Origin: Nemertoderma westbladi
Lineage: Eukaryota > Animalia > Xenacoelomorpha
Direction of reading: 5' to 3'
Assembly (NCBI GenBank): GCA_032718475.1
Contig: JAUCBJ010004764.1
Span: 1 to 44,752 of the forward strand
DNA length: 44,752 nt
A model generated the notes under the pieces. The model was not told the DNA's origin and did not search any database. It saw only the letters and a list, made by a program, of their open reading frames with translations. The translations under genes were made by a program, and so were the position numbers. Of the stretch, positions 13,201 through 26,100 are shown one piece after another (the stretch's first letter is position 1; each line of letters opens with the position of its first letter).

Positions 13201-16200
13201 AGCAGATAACCGCCACACAGGTAAGGAATTTCTTGGGACCATCAACTGAACCGCGAGCAGATAACCGCCACACAGGTAAGGAACTCCTTGGGGACCATCA
13301 ACTGAACCGCGAGCAGATAACCGCCACACAGGTAAGGAATTTCTTGGGACCATCAACTGAACCGCGAGCAGATAACCGCCACACAGTTAAGGAACTCAAT
13401 GGGACCATCAACTGAATCGCGAGCAGATAACCGCCACACAGGTAAGGAACTCCTTGGGGACCATCAACTGAACCGCGAGCAGATAACCGCCACACAGGTA
13501 AGGAACTCAATTGGACCATCAACTGAACCGCGAGCAGATAACCGCCACACAGTTAAGGAACTCAATGGGACCATCAACTGAATCGCGAGCAGATAACCGC
13601 CACACAGGTAAGGAATTTCTTGGGACCATCAACTGAACCGCGAGCAGATAACCGCCACACAGGTAAGGAATTTCTTGGGACCATCAACTGAACCGCGAGC
13701 AGATAACCGCCACACAGGTAAGGAACTCAATGGGACCATCACCTGAATCGCGAGCAGATAACCGCCACACAGGTAAGGAATTTCTTGGGACCATCAACTG
13801 AACCGCGAGCAGATAACCGCCACACAGGTGAGGAACTCCTTGGGGACCATCAACTGAATCGCGAGCAGATAACCGCCACACAGGTAAGGAACTCAATTGG
13901 ACCATCAACTGAATCGCGAGCAGATAACCGCCACACAGGTAAGGAACTCATTGGGACCATCAACTGAACCGCGAGCAGTTAACCGCCACACAGGTAAGGA
14001 ACTCCTTGGGGACCATCAACTGTACCGCGAGCAGATAACCGCCACACAGGTAAGGAACTCCTTGGGACCATCAACTGAACCGCGAGCAGATAACCGCCAC
14101 ACAGGTGAGGAACTCCTTGGGACCATCAACTGAACCGCGAGCCGATAACCGCCACACAGGCAAGGAACTCCTTGGGGACCATCAACTGAACTGCGAGCAG
14201 ATAACCGCCACACAGGTAAGGAACTCAATTGGACCATCAACTGAACCGCGAGCAGATAACCGCCACACAGGTAAGGAACTCCTTGGGGACCATCAACTGA
14301 ACTGCGAGCAGATAACCGCCACACAGGTAAGGAACTCAATTGGACCATCAACTGAACCGCGAGCAGATAACCGCCACACAGGTAAGGGACTCCTTGGGGA
14401 CCATCAACTGAACTGCGAGCAGATAACCGCCACACAGGTAAGGAACTCAATTGGACCATCAACTGAACCGCCAGCAGATAACCGCCACACAGGTAAGGAA
14501 CTCCTTGGGGACCATCAACTGAACCGCGAGCAGATAACCGCCACACAGGTAAGGAACTCAATGGGACCATCACCTGAATCGCGAGCAGATAACCGCCACA
14601 CAGGTAAGGAACTCAATGGGACCATCACCTGAATCGCGAGCAGATAACCGCCACACAGGTAAGGAACTCCTTGGGACCATCAACTGAACCGCGAGCAGAT
14701 AACCGCCACACAGGTAAGGAACTCCTTGGGGACCATCAACTGAACCGCGAGCAGATAACCGCCACACAGGTAAGGAACTCCTTGGGGACCATCAACTGAA
14801 CCGCGAGCAGATAACCGCCACACAGGTAAGGAACTCAATTGGACCATCAACTGAACCGCAAGCAGATAACCGCCACACAGGTAAGGAACTCAATTGGACC
14901 ATCAACTGAACCGCGAGCAGATAACCGCCACACAGGTAAGGAACTCCTTGGGGACCATCAACTGAACCGCGAGCAGATAACCGCCACACAGGTAAGGAAC
15001 TCCTTGGGAACCATAAACTGAACCGCGAGCAGATAACCGCCACACAGGTAAGGAACTCCTTGGGGACCATCAACTGAACCGCGAGCAGATAACCGCCACA
15101 CAGGTAAGGAACTCAATTGGACCATCAACTGAACCGCGAGCAGATAACCGCCACACAGGTAAGGAACTCCTTGGGGACCATCAACTGAACCGCGAGCAGA
15201 TAACCGCCACACAGGTAAGGAACTCCCTGGGGACCATCAACTGAACTGCGAGCAGATAACCGCCACACAGGTAAGGAACTCCTTGGGGACCATCAACTGA
15301 ACCGCGAGCAGATAACCGCCACACAGGTAAGGAACTCCCTGGGGACCATCAACTGAACTGCGAGCAGATAACCGCCACACAGGTAAGGAACTCAATTGGA
15401 CCATCAACTGAACCGCGAGCAGATAACCGCCACACAGGTAAGGAACTCCTTGGGGACCATCAACTGAACCGCGAGCAGATAACCGCCACACAGGTAAGGA
15501 ACTCCTTGGGGACCATCAACTGAACTGCGAGCAGATAACCGCCACACAGGTAAGGAACTCAATTGGACCATCAACTGAACCGCGAGCAGATAACCGCCAC
15601 ACTGGTAAGGAACTCCTTGGGACCATCAACTGAACCGCGAGCAGATAACCGCCACACAGGTAAGGAACTCCTTGGGGACCATCAACTGTACCGCGAGCAG
15701 ATAACCGCCACACAGGTAAGGAACTCCTTGGGGACCATCAACTGAACTGCGAGCAGATAACCGCCACACAGGTAAGGAACTCCTTGGGGACCATCAACTG
15801 AATCGCGAGCAGATAACCGCCACACAGGTAAGGAACTCCTTGGGACCATCAACTGAACCGCGAGCAGATAACCGCCACACAGGTAAGGAATTTCTTGGGA
15901 CCATCAACTGAACCGCGAGCAGATAACCGCCACACAGGTAAGGAACTCAATGGGACCATCACCTGAACCGCGAGCAGATAACCGCCACACAGGTAAGGAA
16001 CTCAATGGGACCATCACCTGAACCGCGAGCAGATAACCGCCACACAGGTAAGGAACTCAATTGGACCATCAACTGAACCGCGAGCAGATAACCGCCACAC
16101 AGGTAAGGAACTCCTTGGGACCATCAACTGAACCGCGAGCAGATAACCGCCACACAGGTAAGGAACTCCTTGGGGACCATCAACTGTACCGCGAGCAGAT

Positions 16201-18132
16201 AACCGCCACACAGGTAAGGAACTCCTTGGGACCATCAACTGAACCGCGAGCAGATAACCGCCACACAGGTAAGGAACTCCTTGGGGACCATCAACTGAAC
16301 CGCGAGCAGATAACCGCCACACAGGTAAGGAACTCCTTGGGGACCATCAACTGAACCGCGAGCAGATAACCGCCACACGGGTAAGGAACTCATAGGGGAC
16401 CATCAACTGAATCGCGAGCAGATAACCGCCACACAGGTAAGGAACTCAATTGGACCATCAACTGAACCGCGAGCAGATAACCGCCACACAGGTAAGGAAC
16501 TCCTTGGGGACCATTAACTGAACCGCGAGCAGATAACCGCCACACAGGTAAGGAACTCCTTGGGGACCATCAACTGAATCGCGAGCAGATAACCGCCACA
16601 CAGGTAAGGAACTCATTGGGACCATCAACTGAACCGCGAGCAGATAACCGCCACACAGGTAAGGAACTCAATGGGACCATCACCTGAACCGCGAGCAGAT
16701 AACCGCCACACAGGTAAGGAACTCAATGGGGACCATCAACTGAATCGCGAGCAGATAACCGCCACACAGGTAAGGAACTCCTTGGGGACCATCAACTGAA
16801 CCGCGAGCAGATAACCGCCACACAGGTAAGGAACTCAATGGGGACCATCAACTGAATCGCGAGCAGATAACCGCCACACAGGTAAGGAACTCCTTGGGGA
16901 CCATCAACTGAACCGCGAGCAGATAACCGCCACACAGGTAAGGAACTCAATGGGACCATCACCTGAACCGCGAGCAGATAACCGCCACACAGGTAAGGAA
17001 CTCAATGGGACCATCACCTGAACCGCGAGCAGATAACCGCCACACAGGTAAGGAACTCCTTGGGGACCATCAACTGAATCGCGAGCAGATAACCGCCACA
17101 CAGGTAAGGAACTCATTGGGACCATCAACTGAACCGCGAGCAGATAACCGCCACACAGGTAAGGAACTCAATGGGACCATCACCTGAACCGCGAGCAGAT
17201 AACCGCCACACAGGTAAGGAACTCAATGGGACCATCACCTGAACCGCGAGCAGATAACCGCCACACAGGTAAGGAACTCCTTGGGGACCATCAACTGAAT
17301 CGCGAGCAGATAACCGCCACACAGGTAAGGAACTCCTTGGGGACCATCAACTGAACCGCGAGCAGATAACCGCCACACAGGTAAGGAACTCCTTGGGGAC
17401 CATCAACTGAACCGCGAGCAGATAACCGCCACACAGGTAAGGAACTCAATGGGACCATCACCTGAACCGCGAGCAGATAACCGCCACACAGGTAAGGAAC
17501 TCATTGGGACCATCAACTGAACCGCGAGCAGATAACCGCCACACAGGTAAGGAACTCAATGGGACCATCACCTGAACCGCGAGCAGATAACCGCCACACA
17601 GGTAAGGAACTCAATGGGACCATCACCTGAACCGCGAGCAGATAACCGCCACACAGGTAAGGAACTCAATGGGACCATCACCTGAACCGCGAGCAGATAA
17701 CCGCCACACAGGTAAGGAACTCAATGGGACCATCACCTGAACCGCGAGCAGATAACCGCCACACAGGTAAGGAACTCCTTGGGGACCATCAACTGAACCG
17801 CGAGCAGATGACCGCCACACAGGTAAGGAACTCCTTAGGGACCATCAACTGAACCGCGAGCAGATAACCGCCACACAGGTAAGGAACTCCTTGGGACCAT
17901 CAACTGAACCGCGAGCAGATAACCGCCACACAGGTAAGGAACTCCTTGGGACCATCAACTGAACCGCGAGCAGATAACCGCCACACAGGTAAGGAACTCC
18001 TTGGGGACCATCAACTGAATCGCGAGCAGATAACCGCCACACAGGTAAGGAACTCATTGGGACCATCAACTGAACCGCGAGCAGATAACCGCCACACAGG
18101 TAAGGAACTCAATGGGACCATCAACTGAACCG
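7238..18132 (+). repeat. Tandem array of ~195 x 55-56 bp units copying the exon 1/intron 1 junction
   Basis: Unit ggggaccatcaactgaaccgcgagcagataaccgccacacag|gtaaggaactcctt; the first copy is the coding exon end. Copy number is estimated as length divided by unit size. Confidence 0.98.
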
Positions 18133-19072
18133 TCTTCAACTCCAGCCAGATGCTGCCTTACTAAGATGTTCTAGAACTAAAGTTTAGATCATTGCATTGT
18201 AGTTTAATATAGTTCTAGAACGCCTTGTATGAGTGTGTGAATGTTTTTTTTGTCGAATTACGTGCAAAGTGCAAACCTTTTCTACTTCGATGTTCTTTCA
18301 CTTGATGTAATAAAATTTAAGAAATTCCACAAAAAATTATTTTCACATTTTAAAATCAATGCAAATCTCGTGGGATACTTTTTCCCCAGGGAAAAAGTAC
18401 TATATTTCTCCTGATATTGGGGATATGCGGCTAAAAGGTAACAATTGAAGGGTAATAACATTTTTTCCACGGCTTTCGGTTTCGAAAAAAAATGCTTTTA
18501 CGATCGAGCTCGAACGAACATGCTGACGACGGACGTGTAAGGATTCCATATATGTAACATAAACTGAATTTGCTGATATATGATCGTTCAAAAGTTGCAT
18601 GGTTTTGTATCTGTGCGAGGCTATTTTATTACACCATGACCCGTAATGTAATGTCATTTTCTAATGACACGGACCCCCCCCCCCAAATTTTTCTAAAAAT
18701 CTTTATCATATTGCATGAAATTTGAAACACCACTCCACTAGTTCCACTCTCCGTGGTTGTTACCATGAAGCCTAAATTTTCGATTTTGCTTTAAATTTTT
18801 TTATAAGCGTTTTAGAAAAGTTATAATTATATGATATTAGACAACCACGACTTTAAAGGGATTGTGATATTAATATGAAAACAATATAATAGGACATGGG
18901 GTCTTATTCTTATATATTTTTCGTAGTTTATGGGATAGCCTATTTCGTGCAATACTTACCGGAACTTGTAGTTACTGTATGGTTTGGTGTTAATGAATAA
19001 GTGAATTAATTTATTGGTGCCATGCAATTAAATTGCAATCAATTATTGACAACCCTTGGTTCAAATGTTTCT

Positions 19073-19277
19073 TGGTTTTGCACCTGCGCGAGGTTATTTT
19101 ATTCTATTTAATAAATACACCATATTCTGGAACATTTTGTTGATGTATGAATAGCTACATAATAGTATGATTAAAGACGTAAAGAATTGCTGCCCAGTTA
19201 CATGGGATAAAGAAAATGTTCCAGAATATGGTGTATTATTAAATAGAATAAAATAACCTCGCGCAGGTGCAAAACCA
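19073..19277. mobile_element. MITE with ~65-bp terminal inverted repeats
   Basis: tggttttgcacctgcgcgaggttattttattctatttaataaatacaccatattctggaacattt and its near-exact reverse complement at the right end. Confidence 0.8.
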
Positions 19278-19359
19278 TGCAACATTTGAACGCTCCTAGC
19301 TCATGTCTCAATTACAATTGTGTTACATATCTGGAACCCTTGCATGGTCAGCTTTCTAC

Positions 19360-19577
19360 GGGTAGGTGTAAAACGCGGATCCGGATTCCAAAATTATCAA
19401 CTAAGGAAAAGGAGCAGGTTACAGTGGCACGTTATTTTAACCAAAACAATAAACTAAAGTCAATAGAACAGGTTATAGTTTTATTTTTGGGAGTTATAAA
19501 AATGTAAAAAATATCGACTTCCGTAGGGACAATGTTAAATGTAGAATCCGGATCCGGATCCGCGTTTTACTCTACTC
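19360..19577. mobile_element. MITE with gtaaaacgcggatccggat inverted termini
   Basis: Left end ggtaggtgtaaaacgcggatccggattc; right end gaatccggatccggatccgcgttttactctact. Confidence 0.65.
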
Positions 19578-19825
19578 AATAAATTACTATAATTTTGAAG
19601 AATACCTGCGGTGTAACTGGTGCAATATCGTCAGAGACACCTTTTTCAATCACTTGTATACCTAAAGAATGAAAGCTAAGTTAAAAATTATCTCAAAAGA
19701 TTAAGAAAAAAATTACGGCAAAGAATATACCAATTTTATTTTTTAGTTTTTATTTTTTAGTTTTTAGAGCGATTTTAGTGAAAAAATAAAAATAATTTTT
19801 TTTGCAAAAAAATTAAGAATGGTCA

Positions 19826-19898
19826 GGTCAATATTGGATTTCGAACCCGCGAACTTAGGTTTCATTAACGTGATTGATAACCACTAGACTATGTGACC
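19826..19898 (-). pseudogene. tRNA-derived element
   Basis: The minus strand reads ggtcacaTAGTCTAGTGGtt...gcgGGTTCGAAATCCaatattgacc, with A and B boxes at tRNA spacing and degenerate stems. Confidence 0.55.
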
Positions 19899-21637
19899 AA
19901 GAGAATTTGAAATTTTCGAGTGACTATTTTTAAACATCAATAACTTCGGTTCTACAGGGCCGTTTAATCTGAAACTTTTTTCATTGGATAGAGGATAGAT
20001 TGTACAGTGTGTGAAATAGGATAAAACTTGGGAAAAGACTTATGTGCACTTAGTGCAAAATGCACTTAAATAGTGAACATTTTTTCGATATTTCAAACAC
20101 TATTATTTCCAGTTCTATTCATCGTAGAATGTTATTTTTTGGATTAGAATGTAGTTTGGAATGATTTCAAACTATAATCGTAACATTTGTTTAACTTTTT
20201 ATGTCTATAAAGTGACTTAAAATGTCCATGAATATGGTCCAAAATCGCAAATCCAGATTTATTAAATTGGATTTTTGACACTTTTAGCGACTGACACTTG
20301 ATCATACACCATCGTAGATCGGTAGAGGATAAACATAAGTTTGTTAAATAAGAGCCACCATTACGATCTGCTAAAGTGCATTTGTACAAATAAGTGTGCA
20401 AAAGTGCAAATTTTTTAATAAGGTCAAATTATATAGTATTGGGTTATTTTCTTTGCAGATACTTTATTTTCATATTAATATGTTGTTTGAACCTTACTGA
20501 GCGCATTAGGGGATATGCGTACAAATAACCGGCCCTTATGAGGCTTCGATTGGGTAAATTAATAAAACATAAGGTTGTATAGTATAATATTCTAAAAACC
20601 AGTGTGATATTAAATGCACTTTAAATAATAAATAGAAATCAAATAACAATTGGACCACACAATTAAAAACTCGCACAATTTTGTACTTATTATATCGCTT
20701 CAAATTAATTCAACAGTGGATATTTGTGGGAAGGGGGAAGTTACAGTGTGCATTCGGGGGAAGTTTGGTGAACTGCATTTATGCAGTGAATCCAAACTTC
20801 CCCCTTTGATATATCATATACTTAAGACATGCTAGGGTGACGGGGAAATATTTGTTACTGTCACACTTTGCTTCCATTTATCCTATCCTTTATTATTACC
20901 CCAGTCAGATAAGAGATAATAAATCAGTAAAAACTAAACTAAACTGTCTTTCATGCAAACAAATTTCTAACTAAAGACGGGTGAATGACCATGACCATGG
21001 AAATAATTTTAAATATAATTGTATATCAACTATTTGGGGAGGCTTCCAAGTTAAACCCGAAAACAATTATTTCGTTACATATAATATAGTAAATAACGTT
21101 GTATGTTCTTCTTCCTCTCATAATAAAATATAAATGAAATATCTCAGATAGCTATGCCCTGTAACATTTCACAACCAAAATATTTAAGTGTGAAAAGAGT
21201 AGGCCTACCACACACCGCCCAAACAACCGCAAACGCATAGCCAACAAATTTAACAAAAGGTTACATACATGTTGGGTTCATGACGAGATGAGTGAAAATT
21301 GATCGCGTAATATAAAGTAAAAAATTAAGAGACGGGCTGGCTCTCCTCCACTTTCTTACCCAATGGATATGTTGTTGTAATAATCTAATATTGGGGCGGC
21401 TTTCTCTCGTTACGTAATTAATATTCGAGAACACTAAATTATTTTAACATTGAATAAGGCAGCATCAGGAGTTGAAGAGTTAAATAATATGAATCGCAGT
21501 AACTATGGAAGCAATATGGGAAAATACTATATAGTTCAATTTATTTTGTAACACTACAGTAATGTATACCGGTATCGCTCTATGTTTTATTAAAGAATTT
21601 AGCAACAAAAAAGTACCAATTTAAGAATAAAATTACG

Positions 21638-21772
21638 TATTACATGGGAAAAAAACGTGGATCATTTTTTTTCAATATTCATTCATTCGACCCTTTATTA
21701 ACCTCGCTGACGCTCGGTAAATAAAATCCCTCGAGAATAATGAAAAAAGTTCTACTTTTTTCCCATGTAATA
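21638..21772. mobile_element. Short foldback element
   Basis: tattacatgggaaaaaa ... ttttttcccatgtaata inverted termini with a central ctcgctgacgctcg motif. Confidence 0.6.
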
Positions 21773-22012
21773 AATAATTATATTATTACGCCATGATTCG
21801 GCAACTCAGTAAAATTAGCACACAGAGTTTAAAATAAATAATAGTAAATTTTAAAGCATTAAATTTAGAGCACAGTAGTATAAGCAATGCAAATGACTAC
21901 GGTAGGTAATTCTTATATTTAATTTAAATATCAAATAATCAAACCCCGATGAGTTGAGGAACTGTAAATACCGCAAATTATTTTTATTTTCACATGTTTT
22001 TATTATGATTAG

Positions 22013-22681
22013 GTGATCGTTTGTACCCCAGAGAAGTGGGACATAATTACCCGAAAGGGTGGGGAGCGACCCTACACGCAGCTGGTACGGCTGGTAATAA
22101 TCGACGAGATTCATCTGCTGCACGACGATCGGGGCCCCGTTCTAGAAGCGTTGGTTGCCAGGACGATACGAACTGTGGAACAGAGCCAAGAGGAGGTCCG
22201 TCTGGTGGGTCTGAGCGCGACGCTGCCCAACTACGAGGACGTGGCTACGTTCCTACGAGTGGACCCCGCCAATGGGTTGTATTACTTCGATAATTCCTTT
22301 CGTCCGGTTCCGTTGGAGCAGCAATACATCGGGGTTACCGAGAAGAAACCGATGAAACGATATCAGTTGATGAACGACATCGTTTACAATAAGGTGATGG
22401 ACAACGCCGGTAGGAACCAGGTGCTCATCTTCGTTCACTCCCGGAAGGAGACAGGGAAGACAGCTCGGACCGTGAGGGACACGTGTCTGGAACGGGATTC
22501 CCTGGGGATGTTCCTCCGGGAGGGTTCCGCCTCCACCGAGATCCTCCGAACCGAAGCCGAGGAGGTCCGGAACCCGGAACTCAAGGATCTACTCCCTTAC
22601 GGGTTCGCTATCCATCACGCTGGGATGACGAGGATCGATCGGACACTCGTGGAGGATTTGTTCGCCGATAAACACATTCAG
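22013..22681 (+). CDS. SNRNP200: Brr2 coding exon 2
   Basis: Contains [22 protein letters not shown] and HHAGM. Ends KHIQ at CAG|GTAGCA; 223 codons. Confidence 0.96.
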
Positions 22682-23193
22682 GTAGCAGATGGTATTGTAT
22701 TTAACTACAATTCAATTTAGGATTAAATTAGTCATCTGCTTTGGTGTAGATAGCAAATTATTATAACTATGGAAGCTCCATAACATATAATATTTATTGA
22801 GCATTTGAGGGACACAGATTCTCCAGTCCGACCGACATATTATTAACTCACTGAGCCAATGTACTGTTACCAATTGCAAACTCACTTTAACTTTAGTTAC
22901 CGGTATTTAAAATTGATACAAAAATTTACCATTTAAACTGTTGTAAAAACAATATACCGGTACGCATATGTAAATATGTAAAAACGAAAAATAAATTTTA
23001 TCCTGCCACTTGCGATTTCTTTCCACTTTAATTAGCAGTAATTAATATTTCTGTCGGACGAGATTTAATCAAAATATCGAAGTTGGAGAGCATCATAGTC
23101 TTTCGAGTTTATAGCTTATAGTATGCCTCTTTCCTCTTTCTCTATTTTCTAATTATTTCAACTTTCCAATAGTAATTTTCATTAAATTTCTAG
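22682..23193 (+). other. SNRNP200: SNRNP200 intron 2 (512 bp, GT-AG, phase 0)
   Basis: GT at 22682 and ...aaatttctag ending at 23193. The join gives HIQ|[16 protein letters not shown] (helicase motif V). Confidence 0.93.
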
Positions 23194-26100
23194 GTTCTCG
23201 TATCTACTGCTACATTAGCATGGGGAGTCAATCTGCCAGCTCACACTGTTATTATAAAAGGAACCCAGGTTTACGTGCCAGACAAGGGTCAGTGGTGCGA
23301 GTTGGGTGCCCTGGACGTGTTACAAATGTTAGGTAGGGCCGGCCGACCCCAGTACGATCAGAAAGGCGAAGGTATCCTGATAACCAGCCACTCTGAGCTC
23401 CAGTACTATCTCTCGTTGAACAACCAACAGCTGCCCATAGAGAGCCAGTTCGTCTCCAAACTCATAGACAACCTCAACGCCGAGGTCTCATTGGGTTCGG
23501 TACAGAACGCCAAGGACGCGGTTACGTGGCTGGGGTACACCTACCTGTACATCCGGATGCTACGCAACCCAACTCTGTACGGGATCGGCCACGACGACCT
23601 AGAGACGGACCCGTTGCTGGAGCAACGGAGACTCGATCTGGTCCACACCGCCGCGACGACCCTCGATAAAACCGGGCTAGTCAAGTACGACAGACGGACC
23701 GGCGCCCTGCAGGTCACTGACCTCGGTCGAATCTCCAGCCACTACTACTGCGGACACGTGACCATGGCGACCTACAATCAGCTGCTCAAGCCCAACCTCA
23801 CGGAAATCGAGTTGTTCAGGGTCTTCTCCCTGAGTCAGGAGTTTCGCAACATAACAGTTCGAGACGAGGAGAAACTCGAGTTGGCGAAGCTCGTCGAGCG
23901 AGTTCCCATCCCTGTCAAAGAGACCGTGGAGGAACCCAGCGCAAAGACAAACATTCTCCTTCAGTCCTACATTAGTCAGCTGAAGCTGGAAGGTTTCGCT
24001 TTGGGGTCGGATATGGTTTATATAACCCAATCAGCGGGGCGGCTACTCAGGGCCATCTACGAGATAGTACTCGGCAGGGGCTGGGCCCAACTCTCGGACA
24101 AGGCGCTCGCTATGTGCAAAATGGTGCAGAACCGGATGTGGTTGTCCATGTGTCCCTTGCGACAGTTTCGGGGAGTCCAGGAGTTCCGTAAAGTCTCGGA
24201 TGACGTCATTAAACGGATCGAGAAGAAGAGTTACCCCTGGGAGCGGTTCTATGATCTGGGACCCAACGAGATCGGCGAGTTGATTAGGATGCCCAAGATC
24301 GGTAAGGTCATCCACAAGTTTGTGCACTGCTTCCCCAAACTCGAGCTTGTTACACATATCCAACCAATCACTCGGTCTATGTTGAAGGTCGAACTCACCG
24401 TCACTCCTGATTTCAAATGGGACGAAAAGATTCACGGGAGTTCTGAGGCATTCTGGATCCTCGTAGAGGATGTTGACTCCGAGATCATTCTACATCACGA
24501 GTATTTCCTCCTCAAGTCCAAGTACACGCAGGACGACCACGTCGTCAAGTTCTTTATCCCGGTGTTCGAACCGTTGCCCCCGCAGTACTTCATCCGGGTG
24601 GTTTCCGACCGCTGGATATCAGCTGAGTCCCAGCTTCCGGTCTCCTTCCGGCACCTAATCCTCCCGGAGAAGAACCCCCCTCCGACTGAACTCCTCGACC
24701 TCCAACCGCTCCCGGTAACCGCTCTCCGTCACCCCGTCTACGAGGCCTTCTACGCCTTCCCCTTCTTCAACCCCATCCAGACGCAGGTCTTCAACCAGAT
24801 CTACAACACGAACGAGAACGTGTTCGTGGGCGCGCCAACCGGCAGCGGGAAGACTGTATGCGCTGAGTTCGCGATAATGCGGCTGTTTATCGAGAATCCG
24901 GAAGGACGTTGCGTCTACGTAACCCCAAAGGATTACATGGCGGAGCAGCGGTACGAGGACTGGCAAGATAAGTTCGGTAAGCGACTCGGTAAGAAAGTTG
25001 TTCTCCTTACAGGGGAGACTGGAACCGATCTCAAACTCCTCGCCAAAGGGAACGTAATATTATCCACTCCTGAACGTTGGGACATTCTCTCGCGGCGTTG
25101 GAAGCAGCGCAAACACGTGCAGAACGTTAACCTATTTATTGTAGATGAGGCGCATTTGTTGGGGAGTCATGGCGGGCCCGTAATTGAGATAATTTGTTCT
25201 AGAATGCATTACATATCGTCGCAAATTGAGAGCGTCATCCGCATTATTTGTTTGACCTCCTCGATCCTCAACTACAAGGACATGGCGACGTGGTTGGGAT
25301 GCTCCGCTAACGGGACCTTCAACTTCCACCCCAATGTGCGTCCCGTCCCGTTGGAACTCCACATCCAGGGGTTCAATGTGAGTCACACGCCCACGCGAAT
25401 CCTATCCATGGCGAAACCCACGTACAACGCCACGTGCCAGCACTCACCCAACAAACCTGTTCTTATATTCGTTCCGTCCAGGAAGCAAACTAAACTCACC
25501 GCTATCGATATGTTAACGTTCGCCGCTGCAGACCTCCAACCGCATCGGTTCCTGCATTGCCGCGAGGAGGAGCTGGCCGAGTACCTCCCCATACTGTCCG
25601 ACAGGACTCTCCAAGAGACCCTTAGCAACGGGGTCGGCTACCTCCATGAAGGTCTGTCGGACAGGGAGCGTCGGTTGGTCGAGCAGTTGTTTACCCTGGG
25701 AGCTGTTCAGGTGCTCGTGGTCAGTCAGACACTCTGCTGGTCCATCGGGGTCTCCGCTTACATGACTGTCGTCATGGATACTCAGTTCTACGACGGTCGC
25801 GCCCACGCCTACGTGGATTACTCGGTAACCGACATGCTACAGATGGTGGGCCGCGCAAACCGACCCAAACTGGACGACGACGCCAAGTGCGTCATATTCT
25901 GCCAGAGTAGCAAGAAGGAGTACTTCAAAAAGTTCTTCTACGAACCGCTCCCAGTGGAGTCCCATCTCGATCGCTGTCTCCATGACAGCTTCAACGCTGA
26001 AGTCGTCACTAAGACCATGGAGAACAAGCAGGATGCTGTTGATTATCTAACCTGGACATATTTGTACAGGAGGATGACTCAGAATCCCAACTACTACAAC

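Larger units (their letters stand above)
7281..22012 (+). other. SNRNP200: SNRNP200 intron 1 (14.7 kb, GT-AG, phase 0)
   Basis: GTAAGG at 7281 and a T-rich tract plus TAG ending at 22012. The join gives ITATQ|[10 protein letters not shown], continuous with the known Brr2 sequence. Confidence 0.93.

Noticed and set aside
7405-18128. Dozens of short ORFs (GPSTEPRAD..., MWRLSARG...) or tandem alternative coding exons
   Set aside because: These are by-products of a 55-56 bp unit that shifts frame, with frequent stops and no acceptor/polypyrimidine tract to define cassette exons.
7238-18132. CRISPR array
   Set aside because: Units are contiguous with no unique spacers, there are no cas genes, and the context is a eukaryotic intron.
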